Shown here in pieces: positions 1 through 11,862 of a stretch of 64,000 nucleotides of DNA; within the stretch, counting starts at the first letter, position 1; every line of letters starts with the position of its first letter. The notes beneath the pieces were generated by a model that saw only the letters and a list, made by a program, of their open reading frames with translations, was not told where the DNA came from and ran no database searches. The translations under genes and the position numbers were made by a program. The DNA is taken from the NCBI RefSeq assembly GCF_008831285.2, contig NC_045138.2:10354001-10418000 (forward strand). Direction: 5' to 3'. This stretch comes from Nymphaea colorata (Eukaryota).

Positions 1-1083
1 AGACATAACCTCAAGGAAAATGCAACTATAATACTTTTTGTGACAACATAACAAAAAAGAATATGAAGATTAAGCACCTTCTCATAATGCCATATGCATA
101 GAGTCCTTGTCAACCCAGTGGCAGATACCTCTCATCATATGGAATAATATGAACCAAAAAAATGCCATAAGAAGAACATAGCATTAACCTTGCATCCACC
201 TCGTAAGAACACATGCAGGTCCAAAGAACTACCGATTGTAATCATCCCCTAACATATGGGGCAGACCATCCATTCATTAAACTTACCCGCTTGCTTGCAG
301 TAAATCAAACAACAAGTGAAGATTCATCTTATTTTCTTTTGATATAGTATGAAGGTTCCAGACACCCGACATCTAGAGATAGAGACGAGACTGCCAAACT
401 GTAGCATTACCATACAACTGATATTCTCTTCAGCAACACCAAAAAGCTTAACAAAACCTCTTCTTCCAAACAGTAAAAAATCACAACCCAAACCCTAGAG
501 AAAGAAGATGGACGAGAATCGCAAAAATACCAACTTGACAAAACCTTCACTCAAGAAACGAACCACAACACAAAGAGAGAGAGAGAGGGAGGGGAAAAAT
601 TACATACCACTGATAAGAAAAGATAGACGGGATGCCGGTGGGCCGTTGGCCAGTGGCTGGTGGCCAGATGGTGGTGTGGCCATGCTTGTGCAGGCCGTGC
701 GGTGCTGTGAGGAGCCTAGAAGGGTGGTCGTCTGTTCGACGAAAGACTCAAAGAGGGAAGATGGGAAGAGAAAGAGCAAACAGGAAGAGAGAGAGCGGTT
801 GGAAAGATGGAAGACCGAAGGCGAAGGGTGGCCTCAGGTCTGGTCATCTGGTCGTCAACGGAAGAGGGAAGATGGGAAAAAGAGAGAGAGGGAGAGAGGG
901 AAGACGAGAAGAGAGAGAGAGGCAGAGCCGCAGTAGGAAAGACGGAAGACGAAGAGCGAAGATGGCGAGAGAGGGAGAGTCGGAGTGGGAGAGATGGAGA
1001 ACGAAAAAAAGAAAACCCTAAACCTTTTTCCCGCCTGAGAAGAAGTGAGAAGCATGAACCGGTTTTTTTAAAACCGTTAGTTT

Positions 1084-1251
1084 AATCGAGCCGAGTCGAG
1101 CTGTAACGAGTCTACTTGAGTGAACTCGAACTCGACTCGATTAGTTAAACGAGTCGACTCGTGAACTCGAGCTCGACTTGTTTAACTAATGAAGCAGCTC
1201 GAACTCGCTTACGAGTCGAGCTTGAGTAGCTCGACTCGTTGTGCACCCCTA
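1084..1251 (-). mobile_element. hAT-type DNA transposon terminus; the element extends leftwards, probably out of the window
   Basis: The minus strand reads TAGGGGTGCACAACGAGTCGAGC... from 1251. A dense array of CTCGA/TCGAG subterminal repeats in both orientations follows, typical of TAGGG-ended hATs. The other end is not seen. Confidence 0.65.
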
Positions 1252-1469
1252 TTTTTAATGAGCACCAACTTCCTTTTCAAAACTATTGAACCTTAACTCC
1301 ACCAAAGCCAATGACAAATCTGCCCATTCACATGCCTAGTCATGGCTGTACATCCTATGAAACTCACCCACCATCAGATTCTCTTTCTCTTAATCCAACC
1401 ACACCAGCATTGATATCTCAACCTTCTTCACTCGATCCTCCACACATTAGACAACCCATTCACACCCTT

Positions 1470-2560
1470 CAAATCATTACACGTTCCATGACTGAAATAC
1501 ATATACACAAAATTTTTTCATCGATTTTCTCTAGACCAGACTTTAACCTTGCTCATCAACTGTTCAATGATTGTAACCCATGGCAAATGAGTGACGCTCA
1601 CAAGTAACTCAACAACACATGGACTCTCGTTTCACCTTTGGCAAATCGCAATGTTGGATTTACAAAATAAAAGGAAAAGTTGATAGGGCCAATATTGAAT
1701 GCTAAAAAGGTCGACTTATGGCTCAAGGCAATATACAATAGTTAGACATCGACTATTTTGATTAGTTTAGTCTGGTTGTCAAGCAAACCACCATTTGAAC
1801 AATTATATCTCTTGCGATTAGTTTCAAATGGGTGAATTTGATAATTTGATGTAAATATTGCATTTCTCAATGAGGACCTCCAAAAATAATTTACATGGCT
1901 CAACCATAAGGCTTTGAATATGGATTTAATCTTGTTTGCAAATTAAACAAGGTTATATATGGGATCAAACAGGCTCCTAGAGTTTGGTCTCAAAAGCAAA
2001 GTACTCCTACTCTATGGCTTTGCTTTATCCAAGACCGGTAGATCACTATCTATTTTCAAACAATGAGATATTTTGTATTATATATTAGTTTATGTTGATT
2101 ACATGTTGATGACATTCTGTTGATTGGAAATAGTTCAAGGTTCATACATCTCTTATCTCCAAATTGGGATTATATTTGCTCTTAAGGACTTGAGTGTTCT
2201 CATTTTTTTTTCTCAGTATGAAGGCTCATTAGACAGCTAATGGTCTTCTCCATTCTCATCAACACAAATGTGCCTCAAATCTCCTCAACAGAGATAAAAT
2301 GGCTATCTCCAAACCATAGTTGGCAAACCCAGCAATCTGGCTCAGGAATCACCCAAGTCGGACCGGGATTGTTCTCTTATTGGGTCACACGTCGTTAAGA
2401 CCCTGATCCACACCAAGACTCAGCCGAGTCTGGCACAACATGAGTTTTGGCAATATAAAGTTAAATTAGTGATAAAAATTTATTTTAATCTAGTTTTTGT
2501 CTTCAATCGATATGAAAAGACCAAAAAAGGGACGAGGAAGCTGAATTGGTTGGTTTAATC

Positions 2561-2597
<37 letters not shown>

Positions 2598-2655
2598 CCT
2601 TTATGGAGGTTGGACCATTTGTTGGGCATTTTAACCCCAAACCAACCTTGTCCTT

Positions 2656-2689
<34 letters not shown>

Positions 2690-3721
2690 GCCCCAAAGGT
2701 GGTCGGTCGGGCCATCGGCGACCTCCCAACATTGGAGAGAACAAACTTTTCTTTTTGCATTTTAATGATTTCACCAAGTATTTAAGTATTGAGTAGTTAA
2801 TTAGATCATTTGGTGAAAATTAGAAAGAAAAAGAGAGCTACATGCTGGTAAGTCAGTTGCATGTCGATAGTCTGATTCCCACTATTCAATCTGGCTAAGT
2901 CATAGAATTAACCCATTGACCCGCTGAGCCGGTTAGCTGCCGATCTGGGTCTGATTCCGGAGTTTGCCAACTATGCTCCAAATCCATGTCGACGCCTATA
3001 GGAATGCTAAAATCTCTTGGTCAAGGATACAATACCTCATATGATGATCCAAAATGCTATCAGAGGTATTTTCGGGCATTAAAATTTGCCATTTATATAT
3101 TGTCCTACTCATGAACATTGGGCCACAGTGAAATGCATATTGAGGCATATTAAGGGCACTCTACACTGTGAACTTCTTCAGCCAGCTTCAAATTTGACTA
3201 TTCATGCCTTCTAATGCCAAATTGGGCCAGATGCCCAGACACACGAAAGTCTACTGGCAGGTATGCAGTATTTCTTGGGCCAAATCTCCTCTCTTGGAGT
3301 ACCAAGAAAAAAAAAACAAAAAAAACAAAAACAAAAAGGCACTGTGGCTCGTTTTGGCTCAAAAGCTGACTACAGGTTAATGGCCAATACTGCCATCGAG
3401 CTCATCTGGATCCAAATAACTCCTGCAAGAATTACACCTCACCATTCAAAACACCAACTATATGCTATGACAACTTCAGTGCAACATATATGTCTGCCCA
3501 TCCGATTTTCCATCAAGAAAGCAAGCATGCTGAATTGGATGTCCACATGTTCAGACATTGAATTGCTAAAAATCATTTATAGGAGCTTCATTTGGTCTCT
3601 TCCTGCCAAATAGCAGATCGACTCACTAAGCCTCTACCAAAAGCATCCTTTGAACACTTGAGGTTCAAATCAACGGTCTAAACTCAATGTTAAACCTAGA
3701 AGGTTGAGTTAGAGTGCGGGG
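1470..3721 (+). pseudogene. Heavily decayed Ty1/copia RT-RNase H remnant
   Basis: Broken motifs NNTWTLV, KGRLMAQG, FDVNIAFLNEDL, YGIKQAPR, VDDIL and [22 protein letters not shown], with many stops and frameshifts. Interrupted by the MITE at 2315-2975. Purine tract then TG at ~3722 is a possible 3' LTR start. Confidence 0.8.
2315..2975. mobile_element. Non-autonomous hAT element / MITE (661 bp)
   Basis: 14-bp TIRs CATAGTTGGCAAAC / GTTTGCCAACTATG. 8-bp TSD CTCCAAAC (2307-2314) / CTCCAAAT (2976-2983). The copia sequence resumes across it. Confidence 0.9.
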
Positions 3722-3923
3722 TGTCAGTGGTTACAAGCAAGGGGATTCAAATCGTAGATGTCAAGATCTTGTGGATTAAAACAGTTCCAACCTGATAAAG
3801 AAAGGAGTTGGCATTGAGAGCAAAATCTCAGCTCTTAGAAACCAATATCAGCGTAGTCAATTATAGAAATGAGCTAGCACTGAGAGAAAAATTTTCAGAA
3901 GAGAAAACAAAGAGAAGTGACAA

Positions 3924-4042
3924 TAATGATGTAAATACTGATTTTAAATTGTTCGTAACTGTAATGCTATGTCACAATGGATAATGATGTAAATACTGAT
4001 TTTAAATTGCATGTTCGTAACTGTAATGCTATGTCACAATGG
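3924..4042 (+). repeat. Two-copy ~58-bp tandem duplication in the putative copia LTR remnant
   Basis: TAATGATGTAAATACTGATTTTAAATTG(CATG)TTCGTAACTGTAATGCTATGTCACAATGG occurs twice. Confidence 0.85.
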
Positions 4043-4689
4043 TATGGGTGTGGGTAATTTCGTAAATCTTAGACGGCAGTACGTTGAATATTATATATTA
4101 TTATATATTTTTAATTCAAAATTTTCAAAAAACCAAATGATATCATCACATTAAGACAATGTTCCTTCCATGAATCCATAGACAAACTTGAACATATAAA
4201 AAAATCAGTTTCAGAGAGGCAAATGTACACAATTCTTGAGCAGCGGGAGACTGAAACCACAATAATCTTATCGCATAAACCAACAGAACAAACCACAACA
4301 ATGTTATCGCATAAATCACGCAAAAAAAAAGATTTCAAAAGAAGCATCCCTTTGAACGGCAGAACAAAAAACACAAAAAAAAGTAAAAACCCCTAAAAAC
4401 CTTCCAACGTGGTGGACGCCCCTGCCCAAGGTCGCTGCAAGCACTCGCCACCGAGGAAGGGAACAAACTGGAGACAGAGAGGAGAAGGAAGCGTGGCTCG
4501 TTTTTAGGTTATCATATGGTTTGGATCTGGTTTCGACTTGAAACCAGATCCAAACGTACTGGCACGTTCCGGTTCACATATCGCAAGGGAGTGTGAGTGA
4601 ATTTATAGACGGTACAGGTGACACCTTCAGTTACTGAGCCTACTTAGTTGATTGTGTCTCTTTCCACATTTTTTTCTCAGTCGCCTTTA

Positions 4690-4929
4690 CTCTGATAGTC
4701 TACACCGATCTTATCGTAGTAATTTTGATGATAGGGCTTAAAGTCATCAACATTTGGTAGTCTAAACCCTCTGATAGTCTACACCGATCTTATCGTAGTA
4801 ATTTTGATGATAGGGCTTAAAGTCATCAACATTTGGTAGTCTAAACCCTCTGATAGTCTACACCGATCTTATCGTAGTAATTTTGATGATAGGGCTTAAA
4901 GTCATCAACATTTGGTAGTCTAAACCCTC
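4690..4929 (+). repeat. Tandem repeat, three identical 79-bp units
   Basis: Unit CTCTGATAGTCTACACCG...GGTAGTCTAAACC starts at 4690, 4769 and 4848, with no spacers. Confidence 0.95.
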
Positions 4930-5759
4930 CTATCGATTGTATCTTTTGACAACAATCTATTTGTACATTAATATAATTTCATTAGCATGTCTCTTAATAA
5001 TGTATTTTCATTTGCAACCCACTAACTTTGAAATGCTAATAGGAGGAACCAACACCTCTGCTGGTTATGAAGGGCCTCAATCTCATCTTCCAACACTAAC
5101 CTTAGCTTAGATTGTTGAAAAGAATTGGGTTCATTTTCAATGTAGGGGATTGTGTGCACGAGGTCAACATAAAGGAGTTCGGGTTTTTATTTTCATTTTG
5201 TAAATTGAAGGTTATTTTATTCGCGCTAAAGGGAAGACTTCAAGTAAGATCAATGACCAAGTATACAGCCTAGCTATATATCTGTGGACAACCGGAAAAC
5301 AGAGCTACACCGGGGATCACCTGTATTACACACGATATAGCTCTATACGCGTGAATTTTTTCACCTTTAGTATCACTGGTATTGCGTCCGTCGCTGTAGC
5401 CTTTTGCAGTGAAAATGCAGTGGCCAGTGCAGCCCACCTATACCTGTACAATAGCAGTGTATTGCCTCACCGCTATAGCCTTCAATATTTTAAAAACCAC
5501 CAGTTCATTAAACACGGTTGAATCCTTTTTTGATACAATTCCTGTACATCCAACAATACAACAATTAGATAAGCATTAAGCAATAAATACATCGCCGAAA
5601 AAAATTACTAACTAATGTTTAACCAGCATAGCCTCAAGCCTCCACTTTCTAGCTGCAAGCTTCAGCTTCCACACGGCAACAAGTCCCACTTGTCAAACTC
5701 TCTCTCTCTCTCTCTCTTGACAATTCCATCATGAAAAAAACAACATGAACCAATTGGGA

Positions 5760-6780
5760 TCAATATTCACCATTTTCAACTAAAACAGGAGTATCGGGAA
5801 GAAAAATATTAAAAATGAAAACATGGAAGACAATTTGATGGTCTGAAGAGTTCCACAGGCTGACAAGCAATGCTTGTACGTTTGAGAATGACCTCAGTAC
5901 TACGCATCTAATAGGAACCAACATCAATGCCCGTAGGCCTGCAGCCACCCAATAGGTCCATAACAAAAGTACCAACCTAATGATGTATATAGTTGGCAAG
6001 TGATCTACAAATTGAAAGTCAAGACAGAAATGAATACGCAACAGTTCTATCAAGAGTCTGAGAGAATACACAGAAAACAGGAAACTAAATGTACTAACAA
6101 AAATCATAGTAAGAATAGACCAAGAATTTGGCAGCAGCATGCTGCATATTGTATCAATGTTCTTCAAAAGATTTCAAGAATATCGCAATATAGGTTTGAT
6201 TGTATGAGATGCTTTACCCTTGAGCAGCATTAATTTCAAGATTATTGTATCAATGTTTCTATCAACTTCAATCGAAATTGAAGAACCTCAGAAGTCACTT
6301 CAGTTTGATCCCACCAGAAACCAAATGCAGCATACTGCAACCTCTTCTTTGTGATCACAAGCACTTGACAACAAGCTTCCCCTTAGGCTAAGTTGGGCCA
6401 TTCATGCATCCACCACCAAATCAAGCTCCACCATAAATGAAACTCGTCCTTCTCACTGAGGTTCATTTTTCATCGAGGCCCTATAAATCTCCTTACATTT
6501 ATGCCAAACGACCAATGCTTCACTTTTTAATGACTACCTCACTCCCTCACATACAGTGATTCCGACTTACACATCTGCACTAGATCAGCATATGGAAAGT
6601 CACATACCAGCAATTACTTAACCGTCTCTTCTTAAACCTCCGTGAAAGGCATAGATTCAACTCCTGAGTGAAATAGGAGTGAGGAAGCCATCTCTTTTAA
6701 AATCTGATCATCATCGGTTTCCGTACCATCATAGCACTTTTACATTTGAAAAAACAGATGGTATGATGTTTCCCCTTGGC
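5760..6780 (-). pseudogene. Decayed L1-like LINE ORF2, 3' part; probably continues at 11333-11415 and 19557-19793
   Basis: Weak L1-like traces (KRRLSN..., Trp-rich C-terminus). Collinear with the clear RT fragment at 19557-19793 once the nested insertions are removed. Confidence 0.4.
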
Positions 6781-7047
6781 CTATGTCACAAGGCTACTCC
6801 TCTTAAGGAGGAGTACCCGCACGGTACGGGTACCGGTATGCCCATGGGTGTGCCTCTAGTGCGGTCAACGCTTCACGGGGTACGGTCAACGTACCTGGGT
6901 TCAATTTCGTCCAATTTTGGACTCAATCAACTTTGACCGAGTCTATAGTTGTCCATTTTTTATTTTGACGATTTTAAGTTTTTAACGTGTTAAACATCAT
7001 CTAACGTTAAAATGGTTGAAAACCTTAAACCCCTACGACGTCTTCTT

Positions 7048-10000
7048 TGTCACGCGCGGCGTTTGGGCGGAGCGGGTCGGGTCAGGGTCCAGACCCGGAC
7101 CCTAGCCCCACGCGAGAGGAGCCCGACGCGAGGGCCCTTCTCCCTCGCGTCTCCCTTTTCTTCCTCGTCGCCTTCTTGCTTCCGTGTCGCCCGTGTGAGA
7201 CCAGGAGGAGGACGAGGGAGCAGTGGCGACGCTTGAGCCGGCGGAGGAAGGAACGGCGGCGGCGTCGGTGTCGGCAGTTGGGTAAGCCCTCAACCTCTCC
7301 CTAACTCTTCCTTCTTCCTTCTTCTCCTTCTCCCTCTCCCACTATCACTCGTCTCCCTCTCCACCGAACGACTCTCCTCATTCTCCACCGTCTCTCTCTT
7401 CTCTCCCGTCCTCTCCCCTCACTGCCTTCTTTTCCCCTTTTGACCGAACCCTCTCCCCATTTTCTGCTCGTTTTCTATTTTCTCCAATCAAGCACTTTCT
7501 CTCACTGATTTTTCACTATTTCATCACTGTTGGATCCGTTTTCAGCTTGGGGATTTGTCCTCCCCCTCGTAACAGCAGTTAGAGGAGGCCTTGGTAGTGG
7601 AGGCATTGGAGGATTTTAGCCGTTTGGGGACCACTTGGGCACGTGAGGTGGCTGCCGGGAGGATTACAGCAGTTTAGACCTTCAATCGGGGTGAGCAAGG
7701 CGAAATTGAACCTATTTTATGATATATTTTTCTTTGGAACGCGTATAATTATTGTTTGAGCATGCTAGAGCTTAGAATTGATTATTTGGAACACATGTTA
7801 GTGATTTCGTTTTTGGGGGAAAGCTTGCGATTATGTTGGGAAGCGAAGATTCATATTTTGGATGATCATTTAAGCATGATAGATTAATTTTCGAAGCATT
7901 AGGAGAAACATGGTAGAGTTTGTGAGGTTGTGGGGAAGATTTAGGACCGTTTTAGTGAGCCTGTAGCACGCGTTTTTGTGAACGGGTGCATCTTGGAGTT
8001 AAATAGGGATAACGTACATAAGTTGGAAGTATCTTTGGGGTAGATGCCTTGATTTAAGAAAAAGAGAATTTTGAGAAAGACGTTAGTGATAGACGGATTG
8101 ATGGCTTTGAGTTTTGGCATCTATTGGCACGGCTAGGAGTGGGAAGTGGCCCTATTGGAGAACTTGTGGGTTGACACTACCCGTCGACACCCTCTCGAGG
8201 CGATGACACGTGCCTCAATGATTTTGTTTTGTTTTTGTTTGAATTGTTGAGGTATGAAGTAAGAATCTTATCTTGTGTTTGTGTCTGCAGGTACACCGGG
8301 TACATCCCGTCGACCTTGAGCTACCGGATTCGAAGCTCGAGGCATTTTGAAGATTCTTGTGAACGCGCCACAGGTATGGCGACATTCCAGGCAAATCCCT
8401 GCCTGGGCAAGTGAATGAATGTGTGTTCCTAGGATCATGGGATCCTAGGATTTGTGATATGAATTGATTGAGTGTTCCGTGAATGAATATGTGTATGCAT
8501 GTACATAAATTGATATATGATATGAATTGTTTTGAAAGGCTTATAGTAATTGTTTTGATAATGTTACGCATTTTCATGATAACTGTTTAGGACAGATGAG
8601 GCGGGGTATCGAGTCGAGTGTCTCCTCGACCCCAATTGTGCATTAGAAAGCATCCTAGCTACCCACTGTGCAAACATTTGCATCATTGCCCGCGGCAATG
8701 GGTATTCAATAAACATAACATTCACATTCATCATCATACAATTACATCTTTGAAAACTTAGCCAAACCACAGAGAGTAGTCTCAATCTGTGGTGGGCTCG
8801 TAGCTGTCCTATGCAGTTATCATTGTAGGATGCTTTCTAATGCACAATTGGGGTCGAGGAGACACTCGACTCGATACCCCGCCTCATCTGTCCTAAACAG
8901 TTATCAATTCTAACATGCACATGAAAATGCGTAACATTATCAAAACAATTACTATAAGCCTTTCAAAACAATTCATATCATATATCAATTTATGCACATG
9001 CATACACATATTCATTCACGGAACACTCAATCAATTCATATCACAAATCCTAGGATCCCATGATCCTAGGAACACACATTCATTCACTTGCCCAGGCAGG
9101 GATTTGCCTGGAATGTCGCCATACCTGTGGCGCGTTCACAAGAATCTTCAAAATGCCTCGAGCTTCGAATCCGGTAGCTCAAGGTCGACGGGATGTACCC
9201 GGTGTACCTGCAGACACAAACACAAGATAAGATTCCTACTTCATACCTCAACAATTCAAACAAAAACAAAACAAAATCATTGAGGCACGTGTCATCGCCT
9301 CGAGAGGGTGTCGACGGGTAGTGTCAACCCACAAGTTCTCCAATAGGGCCACTTCCCACTCCTAGCCGTGCCAATAGATGCCAAAACTCAAAGCCATCAA
9401 TCCGTCTATTACTAACGCCTTTCTCAAAATTCCCTTTTTCTTAAATCAAGGCGTCTACCCCAAAGATACTTCCAACTTATGTACGTTATCCCTATTTAAC
9501 TCCAAGATGCACCAGTGGGATGTAACTATGTATATGGGAGTTGTCCCGCTTTCGCCACTGGTCTCGCCTGTTCGGAGCGCAGGCGGTGCAAGGCCCCAGG
9601 GTACTGTTGTGTGATGTGCTTGGAGCGTAGGCTCCCGCCTTCCCAACCTGGGTGTCCTAGGGAAGGCTGAGTATCTCTCCTTGGAATTCACACATCCATG
9701 GATGAGTGCTCTACCGCTGCAGCGGATAGATGGATCCATACTGTTCTGGGCCACCACGGGGGTTGTCTCTCGGCTGTGGGCCGCCCGCGGTGTGCACGTG
9801 TCTGTGTTTGCACCCACAGGAACTGTAAATTCACTGATAGTAATGAAACTGCAATGCATGTGATTGAAATATATAGGATTGTTGTGCATGTGACTGTTGT
9901 GCTTATGAATGCAAGTGACATGTTGATGATGCCTTGCATGTGATTGAAATTATGTTATTGTAGCCATTGAGTGGCGTCTGCATGTCGTGTCTTGACACGA

Positions 10001-10447
10001 CATAATGATAGATTGTTCTGATGTTTGTTTGTGTACTGAGCCCGACCTAAGAGGGCTTGGACTTTTCCTGGCTTGTTGCTATACTGCGAAGGCTAAGCCT
10101 TCAGTTGTTTCTTTTTTTCAGGTTTTGGTGTACCCAGGGCAGCAGGCTGAGCAGATGGCTACACTCACGTCCTACTGGGGAGGTTTTGGGTTTTGTTTTG
10201 TTCTTATAGTGCCGGCGCGTCGGGTTTTTGGCTTTACTGATGCCTTGTTTTTTATTAGGCATCGATGTTGTGATTTTGGGGCATTTTTGTCAAATGTACA
10301 ATTGAATTGAAATGCTATATAATGGAAAGCTTGCCCCTGTTTTGAATTGCTTGACTCATTCCTTTTTGAACTATTGTGTAGTCACACCTCGATGTTGGAT
10401 GTTAGAAAAAAAAAATGTTTGAGTGTCAAAAAGGTCGGGGTGTGACA
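7048..10447 (+). mobile_element. Ty3/gypsy (Tekay/Del-like) solo LTR, 3.4 kb, with an internal inverted duplication
   Basis: Termini TGTCACG...GGGGTGTGACA. Perfect 5-bp TSD TTCTT (7043-7047 / 10448-10452). Homologous to the reverse complement of 12900-15767. Confidence 0.85.
7985..9513. repeat. Long inverted repeat: arms 7985-8657 and 8826-9513, 168-bp spacer
   Basis: The arms are reverse complements differing by a few transitions and one 15-bp indel. This explains the mirrored ORFs 8215-8577(-) and 8915-9283(+). Confidence 0.95.
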
Positions 10448-11528
10448 TTCTTCCTCCTTCGATGCATTTCTCACAGATCGTGGCAATCTCTTTGGACGGC
10501 AGGCGGCGACCGGTGACCGCAGGCGACGACCAGCGACGGCAAGCAGGGTTGGCAATGGTATTTTGCTTATTTTTTGTGAATCCTCTCGACTGACGCTTGT
10601 GTTTTCAACAGTCGGCGGCAACTTGTTCCTCCGGCGGTGATTATAACCATACGTTTGGTAGTTTTTCCAGTAGCTTTCTCTGGTTCTTCAAATCCCATCT
10701 TACAGTCCCTTTCTTTGTTTTATTAATCTATTGTATGTCGTTTTGATTTCGTTTTTTCGTTTTCTTGTCGTTCATTTAAAATTTTTAATGATGCATCTTA
10801 ATTTGGTCTGTCTTCTGAATCAGTGAATGTTCTATTGACTGTTTGTATTTGTTTTCTGTTTCTGTTTTCTTGGTTTCGGTAGTCAAGGCTCTGCCAGACA
10901 GCCACTCAAGGATTATGAGTGCTGCTGCTATAAATACAGTTAGAACAGAAAAATAGCATTATAGGCTATAATGCTATGTTTCTGTTCTAACTGTTATGTT
11001 TTTTTTATCATTAAAATGATTAAATCAGTAATTTTTGGCTGCAGCCTGCACCGACTTTTACTGTTTTACAGTTTGACTTGTTTAGCATGTCCTGTTTACC
11101 GGTTTAGCATTTCCTCTTTAACCATGGCTTGAGTTGTTACTTGTTTATCTAGAAAGCTGAAATATTTGTATGTTAATTACTTCCATACTATGTTTTGGAT
11201 CATGATTTATGAATGTGTTATTTTGTTTGCAATTTTTTGATATATTTATGTGTACGGCCGTACCCCCGCACCCAAATGCACCCAAATTTTTTGAAAATGG
11301 TCCATACCCATACCTGTACCTATGTGACATAGCTCTTGCCACATGCAATCAAAACACCTATTTACCATACCTCTTCGTTCGAGGCAATCCAGTGTCGGTA
11401 ATCTTCCATGAGAGGTGTAGAAATAATAGACGCATAAGAACCGAAGATCGGACACAGATGTAACGTGGAAAACCCTCAACTAGAGGGAAAAAACCACGGG
11501 TGAGGAAGTCTGGTGCCCACTAGCCGCC

Positions 11529-11862
11529 AGACTCTCTCTCTTTCTTAGAAACTTCATTAACTTGCAAGATTAGAGTTTACAATGGTATAAGTATGCCCAA
11601 ACCAGGACACAATGGATCGGGTCCAGACCCGGACCCATGCATCAAGATCCATCAACACTCCCCCTCAAGTTGGGCATACATATCAAACATGCCCAAGACT
11701 CTCTCTCTTTCTTAGAAACTTCATTAACTTGCAAGATTAGAGTTTACAATGGTATAAGTATGCCCAAACCAGGACACAATGGATCGGGTCCAGACCCGGA
11801 CCCATGCATCAAGATCCATCAACACTCCCCTTCAAGTTGGGCATACATATCAAACATGCCCA
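11529..11862. repeat. 167-bp tandem duplication spanning the ORF end, PPT and the first part of the 3' LTR
   Basis: Unit AGACTCTCTC...CATCAACACTCCCC.TCAAGTTGGGCAT...ATGCCCA starts at 11529 and 11696. Confidence 0.92.

Larger units (their letters stand above)
6781..11332. mobile_element. Non-autonomous hAT-like element carrying a nested solo LTR
   Basis: 10-bp TIRs CTATGTCACA (6781) / TGTGACATAG (11323-11332). GGTACGGGTAC-type subterminal repeats at both ends. Degenerate 8-bp TSD CCCTTGGC / CTCTTGCC (6/8). Confidence 0.7.

Noticed and set aside
508..1085. Overlapping Arg/Glu-rich ORFs
   Set aside because: Translations of GA-rich low-complexity sequence next to a hAT end.
4500..4640. Possible Mutator-like terminal repeat ending at ~4640
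   Set aside because: No partner TIR or 9-bp TSD found.
4690..4929. CRISPR-like array
   Set aside because: The units are contiguous and identical, with no spacers or cas genes, in a eukaryotic context.
5260..5500. Possible hAT subterminal region (GCTATA/GCTGTA repeats)
   Set aside because: Too degenerate. No clear TIR pair or TSD.
8215..9283. Two near-identical ~120-aa ORFs on opposite strands as a gene pair
   Set aside because: They are a by-product of the inverted duplication in a non-coding LTR. No recognisable domain, and the frame is not preserved in the sister LTR.
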